From the NCBI GenBank assembly GCA_963810935.1, contig CAWEPK010000010.1:192001-256000 (forward strand): a DNA stretch of 64,000 nt, read 5' to 3'. The stretch is from an uncultured delta proteobacterium. Its GTDB lineage: Bacteria; Desulfobacterota; Syntrophorhabdia; Syntrophorhabdales; WCHB1-27. The position numbers and the translations under genes are program-made. Below, one piece after another: positions 29,357 through 38,963 of this stretch. The notes beneath the pieces are model-generated. The model was not told the origin of the DNA, made no database searches, and worked only from the letters and a program-made list of their open reading frames with translations. Numbering within the stretch: the first letter of the stretch is position 1; each line of letters opens with the position of its first letter.

Positions 29357-30407
29357 GACCAGCGCGTCAGAGTACGGCAGCGAAAGGGACCTCCCTTGCT
29401 CCGAGCTACGATGGGACAGCCAGGCGGATGCACTGAAGGGGCTTTTTGCAGCCGTCTGGGGCGGCCACCGTATAAACGGCATGGAGTACTTCGCGTGGCA
29501 GTTCCTCGAAGGCCCCAAGGGGAGGCCCATCGCTCACTGCGCCCGGCCTGATGACGCTGCGGCCGGCGCGCTCGCCGGGGTCTACCTGGTGACTCCCGGA
29601 ACATTGCTCGCAGGCACGCACAGGCTGGAGTTCAGCACGTCCGTTTACACGGCCACCCATCCGGATTACCAGAGACGGGGCATCTTCGGCCGCCTGGCGG
29701 AGCTGACGTACGATAAATGCAGCAGGGAAGGCATTGCCGGGACAGTCGGGGTCCCGAACAACAACTCCCTGCCCGGCTTCAGGCGCCTCGGCTTCCAGGT
29801 GCTGGGCAGCATGGAAGTGCTCGTGCGGACCGCCTCACCGTTCGACGCACGCAAAACCGACCCGAGGGTGCGGGAATTTGAGTCCCTGCGCGACTTCGAG
29901 CGTATCGACTGCCGGATCGACAGGACCAGGGCGCTTTCCGGCACGGTCCTCTTCGAGCGGCAGCCGGAGTTCCTCGCCTGGCGATATCTTCGCTGTCCCG
30001 GCGTTCGCTATCGTATTTTCGGCTTCATGGGCGAACCCGGCAGGCTGACGGGCCTGATAGTGGTGAGACGTGCAAGACGCAAAGGCGTGCCTATTACCGT
30101 TATTGCAGACTTTCTCGTGGACTGGACGGTCGCTGACGCCGACGCTGCTGCCTGCGCCCTGCTGTCCAGGGCGCACCTTTTCGCAGTAAAGAACCTCACT
30201 CCGGGCGTCATCACCCTGGTCAACCCTTTTTCACGCGAAGCACAGACGTTGGAAAAGAACGGCTTCAGGCGGGTGAGCAAACGGCTTCTGCCCCACGACT
30301 GCAACCTGATCCTGAAGCTGCACATCGACCAGCCTGCGCCGTTGGCTTCCCGTCTCGCCGACTTCAGGAACTGGCATTTCTCTTTCGGAGACTACGATAT
30401 CTTCTGA
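29337..30407 (+). CDS. GNAT family N-acetyltransferase
   Basis: THPDYQRRGIF acetyl-CoA motif, GVPNNNS..GF, R...L.WRY...P, C-terminal GDYD. Confidence 0.8.
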   Translation: MAKTAVKTSASEYGSERDLPCSELRWDSQADALKGLFAAVWGGHRINGMEYFAWQFLEGPKGRPIAHCARPDDAAAGALAGVYLVTPGTLLAGTHRLEFSTSVYTATHPDYQRRGIFGRLAELTYDKCSREGIAGTVGVPNNNSLPGFRRLGFQVLGSMEVLVRTASPFDARKTDPRVREFESLRDFERIDCRIDRTRALSGTVLFERQPEFLAWRYLRCPGVRYRIFGFMGEPGRLTGLIVVRRARRKGVPITVIADFLVDWTVADADAAACALLSRAHLFAVKNLTPGVITLVNPFSREAQTLEKNGFRRVSKRLLPHDCNLILKLHIDQPAPLASRLADFRNWHFSFGDYDIF

Positions 30408-30480
30408 AGACCCCGCCCTTATCGCCCCGGTAAACCCCTCTTTTCCAAAGGCCTGACCTGCGCCGCTCTTCCCGCGTCGC

Positions 30481-31353
30481 TTACACCAGGCTTTCGTCCA
30501 TCCAACCGACTTTGACGATCTGGATCCGGCTCAAGTCGCTCACGCCGAGGTGGTATTTCCGGTCGGCATCTGCGATATGAATGGGCTCAACGTCCAGGGG
30601 CCTGTCTTCGCCGAAGTGGGCAATTCTCTTCAGGCGCAGCAGCTCTGCTCCTACGGCGTCTATTGCGACCGGGTCGGTCCCGACGATGATGCCTTTGTAA
30701 GGCCAGACGAAGCGCTTATCGAAAAAACTGGCGCCCCGGCCGTAGAACTGGGGCGTGAGGGCCACAAGCACGTTTAGTCTCGTCTTGCCTTTCACGACGG
30801 GCAGCGTCCAGATGCGGCCAAGGTCTGCGCAGCCGTTGGGATGATAGTCCGACGGGCTCGGCACAAACTGGATGTAGTTCTTGAGAAGGGTGCCGACGCC
30901 GGACCAATGGTGGCTTCTCACGGGGCGGGTATTTACCAGGGCAGTGGCCTTTAAGAATAACGGGTTTTGAAGGACGCCTCTGTCCCCGACGGCGATGTCA
31001 TCGCTGCGGATGCCGACGTCGAGAAGCCTCTTCCGGATGGCCTCTTCCATTTCCGGGGGCGTAGGCAGGTGGCGCCAGTCGTTGCTCTTGATGCCGACAA
31101 CATCCGATTTCCTGAACAAAGTTTGCCACGCCGCGATGGGCTCTTTCTTTTCCAGGAGCGTGCAAAGGCCCTCGTCGAGCATCTTCTGGAGCACTGCCGC
31201 GCGTATCTCTCCGTTCGGGCCGAGGACGTCCCGGTCCCGTACGAGGACCACCTTTGCGGCTGCTGCGGCCCCGGCTTTTCCGGGCAGGCCCAGGCTCGCG
31301 GCTGCGGCGAGACCTGCCGTCGTTTTAAGGAAATCCCGGCGCGTTATCTTCAT
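30481..31353 (-). CDS. DUF362 domain protein with Tat signal
   Basis: TRRDFLK twin-arginine signal; VGIKSN, RSH...G....LKN, GTDPVAIDA. Confidence 0.8.
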   Translation of the reverse strand: MKITRRDFLKTTAGLAAAASLGLPGKAGAAAAAKVVLVRDRDVLGPNGEIRAAVLQKMLDEGLCTLLEKKEPIAAWQTLFRKSDVVGIKSNDWRHLPTPPEMEEAIRKRLLDVGIRSDDIAVGDRGVLQNPLFLKATALVNTRPVRSHHWSGVGTLLKNYIQFVPSPSDYHPNGCADLGRIWTLPVVKGKTRLNVLVALTPQFYGRGASFFDKRFVWPYKGIIVGTDPVAIDAVGAELLRLKRIAHFGEDRPLDVEPIHIADADRKYHLGVSDLSRIQIVKVGWMDESLV

Positions 31354-32288
31354 GGCACCTCCTTCAGTCTTGTACTTGCCGCGTCTATCAGGCGCACGGC
31401 CTCGCCTTCGTCCGGGACATGGAGCGCGATTATGATGCGCCGGCCTTCAAGCCGGGCGCTGTTCCACGCACCCTCGATCTGGGCCATGCCCGCCCTATTG
31501 AGCTTGTATTCCCTGCCGAACGTGGAATACGCAAATTCCGCATCGCTCTGCGTAGGATAAGCAGCCAGCAGCAGGAATGTCCTTTCTTTGCCGAAATCGT
31601 ACCGGGCAAAAACGACCTCCGTTTCCGATGTCAGGCGGAGTATGTTCTCGCCCGATATGAAGCAGCGTTGATTGAGCAGCACATGGCTGCGCACGAATTT
31701 TGCGGTATCCGGCACCCGGCGGGCCTCCGGCAGCGCCTGCATTATGAGGGGAGGGCCTCCCGCCTCAGCTACCGATGAAGCGAGTTTTTTCCCGATCTCC
31801 AGGACGGCATCCTCCTGCTCCTTCCCCTCGCCTTCCCCGAAAATACTGAAGAAATAGCTGCCCTTCCAGAACCTGAGCATCCCGCCGCCGAATTCCGACT
31901 CCTGGCCTATGTCTGCTTCCGGGTCATGTTTGTCCCATGTGAATACGCCGAAGGCGTCCTGCGGCGACCCCATCTCGTAGGCTTCCGCTACAATTGCCGG
32001 GAGACCTTTCCTCTCGAAGCGCCGGACGGTTAGCTCCTTGTAGTTGTAAGCGATGAAGACTTCACCGGCCCCGTCGATGTAACCGAAAATAGCCTTTCCG
32101 CGGTATCGGACCGGCTCACCCGTTATTTTCCAACCCGCTGCGTCCGCGGGCCACACGATTGTCCCCTGCATAGCTCCCTTCCATTCGGCAAGAGCGGCCG
32201 GCGACGAAAGAAGAAGGGCCGCGATGGCACAGAGGAATACGTTCCTTACTGTCCGACCGATTGTCTGCCGCTTAATTTCTAGGCTCAT
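31350..32288 (-). CDS. exported hypothetical protein (DUF6599-like)
   Basis: Signal peptide; IFGYIDGAGE.F..Y, YEMGS..DAFG, FWKG.Y. Confidence 0.7.
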   Translation of the reverse strand: MSLEIKRQTIGRTVRNVFLCAIAALLLSSPAALAEWKGAMQGTIVWPADAAGWKITGEPVRYRGKAIFGYIDGAGEVFIAYNYKELTVRRFERKGLPAIVAEAYEMGSPQDAFGVFTWDKHDPEADIGQESEFGGGMLRFWKGSYFFSIFGEGEGKEQEDAVLEIGKKLASSVAEAGGPPLIMQALPEARRVPDTAKFVRSHVLLNQRCFISGENILRLTSETEVVFARYDFGKERTFLLLAAYPTQSDAEFAYSTFGREYKLNRAGMAQIEGAWNSARLEGRRIIIALHVPDEGEAVRLIDAASTRLKEVP

Positions 32289-32418
32289 CGCTTACCTTCC
32301 CGGGCGTTCCTGCCCGTATTTCCCGCTCCGGTCGCACATGCAGATTACAAACTTAATTCCTTGATTATAATACGATGGCCGGGTGACGTAAAGGAACAAG
32401 TTCTCGCCCCGTAATAAT

Positions 32419-33226
32419 TCAGACCTCGATGCCCATGTGGCGGGCCATCATGGCGAACTGGCCGAGGGTCATCTCGTACCCCGTCTGGGTGCGGCAACCC
32501 CGCTCCTGCGCACCTCGGAGCCACGGGGTCACATCCGGCTCCGTTACGACGTCGGCCACGAAGGTAGAAGGGCCTATCGTGTCAATAGGGAACGGCGTGC
32601 GTGTATCGCCGTTCATGCCCAGCGGCGTCGCGTTTACGGCCAGGTCGATGCCGGCCAGGGGTGAAAGCCCATCCGAGAGCGCGACGGACGGATAGCGCGA
32701 CGCAATGAGCGCAATCAGGCGGTCCTGCCTCACTCTGTCGACATCGACCACTGTGAGGTTTGCCGCCCCGGCCCCCGCTATCGCGTAAGCCGATAGCGCC
32801 CCCTGCCCCGCCTGCTCCGAAGACCGCGGCGCTCTTACCCCTCGGGTCGAAACCGTGGGTCCTTAGCGCCTCTAAGAAACCGAGGCCATCGACTATATCG
32901 CCTGCCAGACGCCCATGCCCCGTCCTCCTTATGACGTTGACCGCGGCGAGGTCTCGCGCAGTAGGCGAAAGATCGTCCGCCTGCCGGGCCGCTTCCTGTT
33001 TATGCGGTATCGTCACGATGCACCCCGGACAGTTCTGCCAGCCCCGCAGGAGCGCAAAGAAATGGCCCACGTCGGCCGGGTGCACGTCTATCGTCACCAT
33101 TACTGCATCGATCCGCTTTTCCCTGAAATACCTGTTGAAGGTAGCGGGCGATTTCACCTGGGCGACGGGATGGCCGATCATCGGATAGACGAGCGTCCGT
33201 CCCGAAGTGATGAGATCGTCTATCAT
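32419..33226 (-). CDS. aroE: shikimate dehydrogenase family protein; apparent +1 frameshift at ~32791
   Basis: IGHPV.QVKSP, VTIPHK, AVN, DG.GF, GAGGAG; removing one base joins ORF 32582-33226 to 32419-32751 (VNATPLGM). Confidence 0.85.
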
Positions 33227-33238
33227 GGTCCTTCCCTC

Positions 33239-35468
33239 CTATCCCTTCTCCAGGCCGTCCAGGATGGATCGGATATTGATGGGTATCTCCGTACACCGGA
33301 CACCGACGGCGTTGTAGATCGCGTTGGCGATGGCCGGAGCAGGCACGGAGCACGGCGGCTCCCCGACGCCTTTCGCGCCGAAGGGTCCGAAGGGATCTTG
33401 CGGCTCCACGATTACAGGCTCGATGTCCGGAACGTCGAGCATCGACGCTACCTTGAAATCGACCAGATTGGGGTTGAGGCAGATGCCCGTGTTGCCGTCG
33501 ATGTACTGGCGCTCCATGATGCCGTATCCCATGCCCATGATCGTTCCGCCCTCGATCTGGTTCTCGCAGCCGATGCGGTTGATAACCTGTCCGACGTCGT
33601 GGGCTGCGACGATGCGCAGCACATCGACCTTGCCAGTCCGGGTGTCCACCGCAACCTCCGCGAAGTGCGCGCCGAAGCTGTGGAGAAGAACGTTGCGCGG
33701 CGGTTTTCCGGAGCCGCGGCCTATTATGGGACTCGGCGCCTTCGCGAGGATATCCCTGTAGGACAGGGAAAGACCCTCGCCTTTAACGAAGACACGGCCG
33801 TCCCTGATCTCCAGGGCCTCTTTCTTTTTATTCAGCAGCTCGGCGGCGACATCTAAAAGCTGCTCCTTCGCGTCGCGGGCGGCCGCAATAACGGCCAGCC
33901 CTGTACTCGCTGTCCCTCGGCTGCCGCCGGGCGGTCCCGTATCGGTGGTGGCATCCGTATCGCCGGTAGTTACCTGAACGTCTACGTAAGGCACGCCGAG
34001 CGCCTCGGCGGCGATCATCGCCATTGTCGTTTTCTGTCCGCCTCCCGTGTCGTTGAGGCCCGAAAGCAGCTCGACGGACCCGTCAGGGTCGAGCTTTATG
34101 ACTGCCGACATGGGTGGCGTGATGGCGCCGTGCCTGCATGAATGGAAGGCCACGCCGAGCCCTTTCTTCACAGGCCCCGGGCTCGTTCCCGGCGGTCTTC
34201 CAGCGTCCTTCCCAGCCGATCGATGCCGCGCCCTGCCGGGCGCACTCGGCGAGGCCGTTGCTTGCGAAAGGCCATTTCCTATCCTGGTCGCCGTCTTCCT
34301 TGCGCGCGTAGTTCTTGATACGGAAGGCCAGCGGGTCTATGCCGAGTTTTTCGGCAAGGCGGTCCATATGGACTTCCCCCGGGAACGTGCCTGCCGGATG
34401 ACCGACGCAGCGCATGTGGCCGCCTTCGGGCTTATTCGTGAAAACGTTGTAGCCTACGAGCTTTACGTTGGGGCACCGGTAGACGCCCTTGGGCGTCAAA
34501 AGCGACTCAAAGGCGCCGTCGAGATGATAGTAGGCGCCCAGGTCAGCATACAGCCGCACGTCCATCGCGGTAAGCGTGCCGTCTCTTTTTGCCCCATACC
34601 TGAGATACCATGTCGTCGGATAGCGATGGTGGGCACAGAGGAAGTTGTCCTCCCTGCTGTACTCGAGCCTGCACGGCCGGCCCGTCTTTCTTGCGAGGAG
34701 GGCCGTTATGATATGGGTACGCTCTAAAAATGTCTTGTCGCCGAAATCGCCGCCTATGTAATGCGTGTCTATCCTGATCTGGTTCACTTTCAGCTTGAGC
34801 GTCCTCGCAAGGTACGTCCGCAGGTTAAATGGGTGCTTGTGAGAATCCCAGAGGGTTAGCCTGTTTCCGGTCCAGGCGGAGATAGTCACCCTCGGCTCCG
34901 GCGTCACGTGCTGGACGAGTTGTGTCCTGTACTTGTCTTCGAGGATGATGTCAGCCTGCCTGAACCCCTCTTCTACGCTGCCTCGCACTACGGTGTCCGC
35001 CGCCTCCTGCAAGGCGTTGCCTTCCGGATATAACCTCGGAGCGCCCGGCTTAACCGCCTCTTCGGCATCGAGCACAAACGGGAGGACCTCGTAGTCGACG
35101 TTAACAAGCTCTATGGCCTCCTGCGCCGCATCTTCGTCGACTGCCGCGACTGCCATGATTTCATCACCCGCGTAACGCGCAATAGTCGCAAGCGCCGGCA
35201 TCTCATAGAAAGGGGCCGAGTCCCTCTTGTGGATAGAGATGCCCGGCACGTCGGCAGCGGTGATGACCGCTTTTACGCCCGGCAGGGCGGAAGCCTTGCC
35301 CGTGTCGATCTTAACCACCCTCGCGTGAGGATGAGGGCTCCGCAGGACTTTGACATAGAGCATACCGGGGAGGTAGATATCTGACGCAAACCGCGCCTCC
35401 CCTGAAAGGCGCTCCAATGCATCCACCCTCTCAACTTTTGTGCCGATCACCTTGAATGGCCGTGACAT
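33239..35468 (-). CDS. xanthine dehydrogenase family molybdopterin-binding subunit; apparent +1 frameshift at ~34199
   Basis: LRSPHPHA, GGDFGDK, MRCVG, MDRLA..LGIDP; second part HSFGAHFAEV, NQIEGG, GAKGVGEP with the catalytic Glu. Confidence 0.9.
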
Positions 35469-35486
35469 ACAAGCCTCCTGCCGTAT

Positions 35487-36476
35487 CTACGCGATGGACG
35501 CGAGGGCCTGTTGGAGAAGGCCCTGCGCCGCCTTTGCCTTGTAACCGTTGTTTGAAAGCGGCTTCGCCTTCTCGACAGACGCCGCGCACGCCGCCGCCGC
35601 CGCGTCTGCAACTTTTCTGCCCTTTAGCGCAGCCTCGGCGGAAGGAACGCGCAGCGGCCGGGAAGCAAGCCCGCCGAAGGCGATGCGGGCATCCGCTACC
35701 AGGCCGTTTTGCATGGCAAGCACGACAGCGACGCTGACAAGGGCGAAATCGAACGCCTCCCTCTCCGTCAGCTTCATGAATACACCCCTGCCCGCAGCGG
35801 GCTGCAAAGGCGCCTCAACAGCGGTAACCATCTCCGCCGGGCATAGGACCGTCTCCGAGAGCACGTCCGCATCCGGATCGACATAAAACTGCGCGATGGG
35901 GACCGTCCGTTTACCTTTCGGCCCTTCTATCTCAACGCGAGCGCCGAGGGCGGCCAGGGCTACGGCTGTGTCAGATGGGCTGACCATAGCGCAGGCGCCG
36001 GCCGGGAAAATCGCATGGTACTGGTTCTCGCCGTCGAAGGCGTAGCAATTGCCGCCCCCTTTCCGGAGGCAGTCCTTGAAGGTCCTCCCCCGGAAATACC
36101 AGCAGCGCGGCCTCTGGCAGAGGTTGCCGCCGATGGTGCCTACGTTCCTTATCTGCGGGACGGCCACACGCTGCGCAGCCTGGGCGAGTACAGGCAGCCT
36201 GTTCCGGACAAGAGGCGATTCCGCGATATCCGTAAGCGTAGCGGCCGCCCCTATCCTCAGTACATCTTTCTCCTGCCTTATGTGGGCCAGGCCGTCAATG
36301 CCTTTGATATCTATCAAATGGACCGGGCTTTTCAGCTTTGGGCCCTCGACCCTGTCTTTCATCATGGCAAGCATATCGCTGCCGCCCGCAATTAGTGAAG
36401 CCTTGTCCCCGTGTCGCGCGAGGAGGGAGACAGCCTCTTTGACGGTAGCCGGCCTGTAATAGTCGAAGCCTTTCAT
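35487..36476 (-). CDS. xanthine dehydrogenase family FAD subunit (PaoB/YagS-like, Cys-rich insert)
   Basis: IAGGSD, QIRNVGTIGGNLCQRPRCWYFR...C....C, PSD, DFALVSVA. Confidence 0.9.
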   Translation of the reverse strand: MKGFDYYRPATVKEAVSLLARHGDKASLIAGGSDMLAMMKDRVEGPKLKSPVHLIDIKGIDGLAHIRQEKDVLRIGAAATLTDIAESPLVRNRLPVLAQAAQRVAVPQIRNVGTIGGNLCQRPRCWYFRGRTFKDCLRKGGGNCYAFDGENQYHAIFPAGACAMVSPSDTAVALAALGARVEIEGPKGKRTVPIAQFYVDPDADVLSETVLCPAEMVTAVEAPLQPAAGRGVFMKLTEREAFDFALVSVAVVLAMQNGLVADARIAFGGLASRPLRVPSAEAALKGRKVADAAAAACAASVEKAKPLSNNGYKAKAAQGLLQQALASIA

Positions 36477-36491
36477 CGTCTCTCTCCTCCC

Positions 36492-37131
36492 TTAAGCCTT
36501 CGATGCCGCAAGGACCGATTCGACGATCTTCGGATAGGCCCCGCAGCGGCAGATGATTGCCGGACATGGCCGTGCGGACCTCGGCGCGGCTGGGCCTGGG
36601 GTTTTTGTCGAGAAGCGCCTTCGCTGACATCATCTGGCCGGGCGTGCAGTAGCCGCACTGGTAGCCTCCATGCTCCGAGAATGCCTTCTGAATGGGATGG
36701 AGCTTCTCTCCCCGGCTCAGCCCCTCGACAGTGAAGACCTTCTTTCCGTCCATGGCAATTGCAAGAAGCGAGCAGGCGTAAACCGGCCTGCCATCGATTA
36801 TGACCGTGCAGGAGCCGCAGTTACCCCGGTCGCACGCCTTCTTGCTCCCCGTCAGCCCAAGCTCGCGCCTCAGCACGTCGAGGAGCGTCCAGTGCGACTT
36901 GACCTGAACGCGGTACAGCCTGTCGTTGACGTCCAGCCGGATGATCGCCTCTTTCACGCCCCGGGGCAGAGCGGCTGCCTGCTCCTGACTCGAGGAAGGC
37001 CTCGGGAGCGTGCCCATGGCAACAGCAACCCCGCCCGTAGCCATCCCTTTCAGGAACGAGCGGCGTGACATCTTCACCGGGTCCCTGCCGTCCTTTTCTT
37101 TCTTTTCGGCCTTATTTTCCCGGTCGTCCAT
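36492..37131 (-). CDS. (2Fe-2S) subunit with Tat signal (PaoA/YagT-like); apparent +1 frameshift at 36555
   Basis: SRRSFLK; CDRGNCGSC..C; QCGYC; removing one base restores GNICRCGAYPKIV...SKA* ending at 36492. Confidence 0.9.
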
Positions 37132-37249
37132 ATTTATGCCCCCGTGTCTTGGTAACGCACACCTATTATATACCCTCCCGGGCGAGAAGCGGCCGGCCTA
37201 AGCGGCCTTTTTTTTGAGTGGGCATTTATACGGCGGGGGATTTTTTATA

Positions 37250-38650
37250 TTAAGGGCTCGTTTTCGGGGCGGCCTTTGCGGCCGCGCGCACCTTCGAGAA
37301 GACAAAGCCGGCGCCCATCAGCAGAAAGACCAGGGCAGTTACCGGCCAGATTGGATGAACGATCTTATCGAGACCCGTAGCGCAGCCGGCAAACAGAAGG
37401 ACAACAGCGCCGAGGAGGGAGACAAAGGCCCATACAGACGAGACCCTGGCCGTCCAGCCGATAAAGACTATATAGACGACCGCACTCATCAGGACCGCGA
37501 GCCACGCCGTCTCCCTCAGTATCTCTTTTACGAAAAACCCGAGAAGCAATGCAATGAGACCGATGGCAAGGGTCGTCAGCCTCGATGCGAGGAGGAGCCG
37601 GCTGTCCTTCGCAATATGGAGCGCAGGGGCGATGAAGCCTTTGACGGCGAGGGTGGTCGCCCCCATCAGGAACGGAGACCCGGCGCTCATCAGAGGCGCC
37701 CACATTGCAAGGAGAAGGAAGACCCCGATATACGGCGGCACGATGTCGAGCAGCAGAGGAAGGGCTGACAGCGATGATGCGGAAGGGTTGGCGTATCGCG
37801 CGACGATGCCGCACAGGGCGGCCATCGCCACGATCGGTATGGTTATGATGTTGCCGAGGATGATCCCGGCCCTTCCCCCCTTCATGCTGCGGGCGGATGA
37901 AGCTATGTTGATGACCGGCTGCGCGAGGATTCCAAGGGTCACGTTGATATACGCGAGGCTCACTGCCTGGATAGCCCCCATATCCCCGAAGAGCGTGAAA
38001 TAATGAGAGCCCGCTGTATGGACGATGCCTCTGGAGGCTGCAATGGCGTAAGACCCGCCGAGGAAAATGCCGATCGCGGTGACGATGAGGTGGATCACGT
38101 TCGTATAGGCCGTAGCCATAAGCCCGCCCACCATGTTGTAAACCATGAAGACAAGGGCCGTGAGGCACATGCCGGTCGAGAAGCTTACGCTGCCGTTTAA
38201 TATGAAAGAAAGGATGGCTCCCCCGCCGACCACCTGCATCGTCACTATCCATATGGAAAATACGAGCTGGAGAAGACCGGCCAGTCTCGCGGTCCTCTTC
38301 CCGTAAAGGCCGGAGACGATATCGAGTATTGAATAGGTCTTGCCGCTCGTGATTATCCTGGGTAGAAGAAAGGCGGTGCCGAACATGGCTATCCAGATGC
38401 CCACCTGGAACCAGAGGGCGGACATCCCATGCAGATAAGCCCCCTGGGCCATGCCTACAACGGACACGCCGCCGGTCCATGTGCCTGCGATGAGGGCCGA
38501 TACGAGGGGTATCGACAACCCCCTCGAAGCCAGTAGATAGGCGTCCGACGAACCGGCCTTCTTTCCGGCCGCAAAAAAGGAGACGGCCAGCAGCAAGGCT
38601 ATATAGCAGCCGATTACCAGAAGGTATACCGATTTTACGGAGACTGCCAA
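37250..38650 (-). CDS. sodium:solute symporter family protein
   Basis: YLLASR.L, TWTGG, GGL.ATAYT...H, many TM helices; TTG start. Confidence 0.85.
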   Translation of the reverse strand: MAVSVKSVYLLVIGCYIALLLAVSFFAAGKKAGSSDAYLLASRGLSIPLVSALIAGTWTGGVSVVGMAQGAYLHGMSALWFQVGIWIAMFGTAFLLPRIITSGKTYSILDIVSGLYGKRTARLAGLLQLVFSIWIVTMQVVGGGAILSFILNGSVSFSTGMCLTALVFMVYNMVGGLMATAYTNVIHLIVTAIGIFLGGSYAIAASRGIVHTAGSHYFTLFGDMGAIQAVSLAYINVTLGILAQPVINIASSARSMKGGRAGIILGNIITIPIVAMAALCGIVARYANPSASSLSALPLLLDIVPPYIGVFLLLAMWAPLMSAGSPFLMGATTLAVKGFIAPALHIAKDSRLLLASRLTTLAIGLIALLLGFFVKEILRETAWLAVLMSAVVYIVFIGWTARVSSVWAFVSLLGAVVLLFAGCATGLDKIVHPIWPVTALVFLLMGAGFVFSKVRAAAKAAPKTSP

Positions 38651-38811
38651 ACCCTCGCCCCCCTGAACTCTCCCTTATGATGGTACAGACCGGCGTGCTA
38701 ATGCAAGGGAAAAGAACAAAGCGGTAGAACAGACAAAACAGTAAGGATGAGGAAACACCGGAACACAGAAGAGCAGGAACAACTTCGCCTGCCCTGACTT
38801 ATAAATTTAAT

Positions 38812-38854
38812 TTGCGGGGCCAGGACTTGAACTTGGGACCTTCGGGCTATGAGC
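38812..38854 (-). repeat. degenerate copy of the 3' part of tRNA-fMet (att-like direct repeat)
   Basis: TTGCGGGGCCAGGACTTGAACTTGGGACCTTCGGGCTATGAGC matches 54361-54403 at 40/43 positions, same orientation. Confidence 0.85.
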
Positions 38855-38963
38855 GGCGCAAACGGGCTAAAGCAAAGGAAGCCCAAACAGCCGAACTAGG
38901 GCTACCCGTCATAAACAATTATCGTTTGAAACCGACTTTTGAAATCTATTACGCCATCACAGA

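Noticed and set aside
37132..37249. Moco riboswitch or ModE site upstream of the molybdoenzyme; plus-strand hairpin with T8 at 37191-37215
   Set aside because: No recognisable Moco or ModE consensus; the stem is only 5 bp and no plus-strand gene precedes it.
38812..38890. Second functional tRNA-Met gene
   Set aside because: Only the anticodon-to-3' part is present; no D-arm or 5' acceptor strand, and the T-stem has a mismatch.
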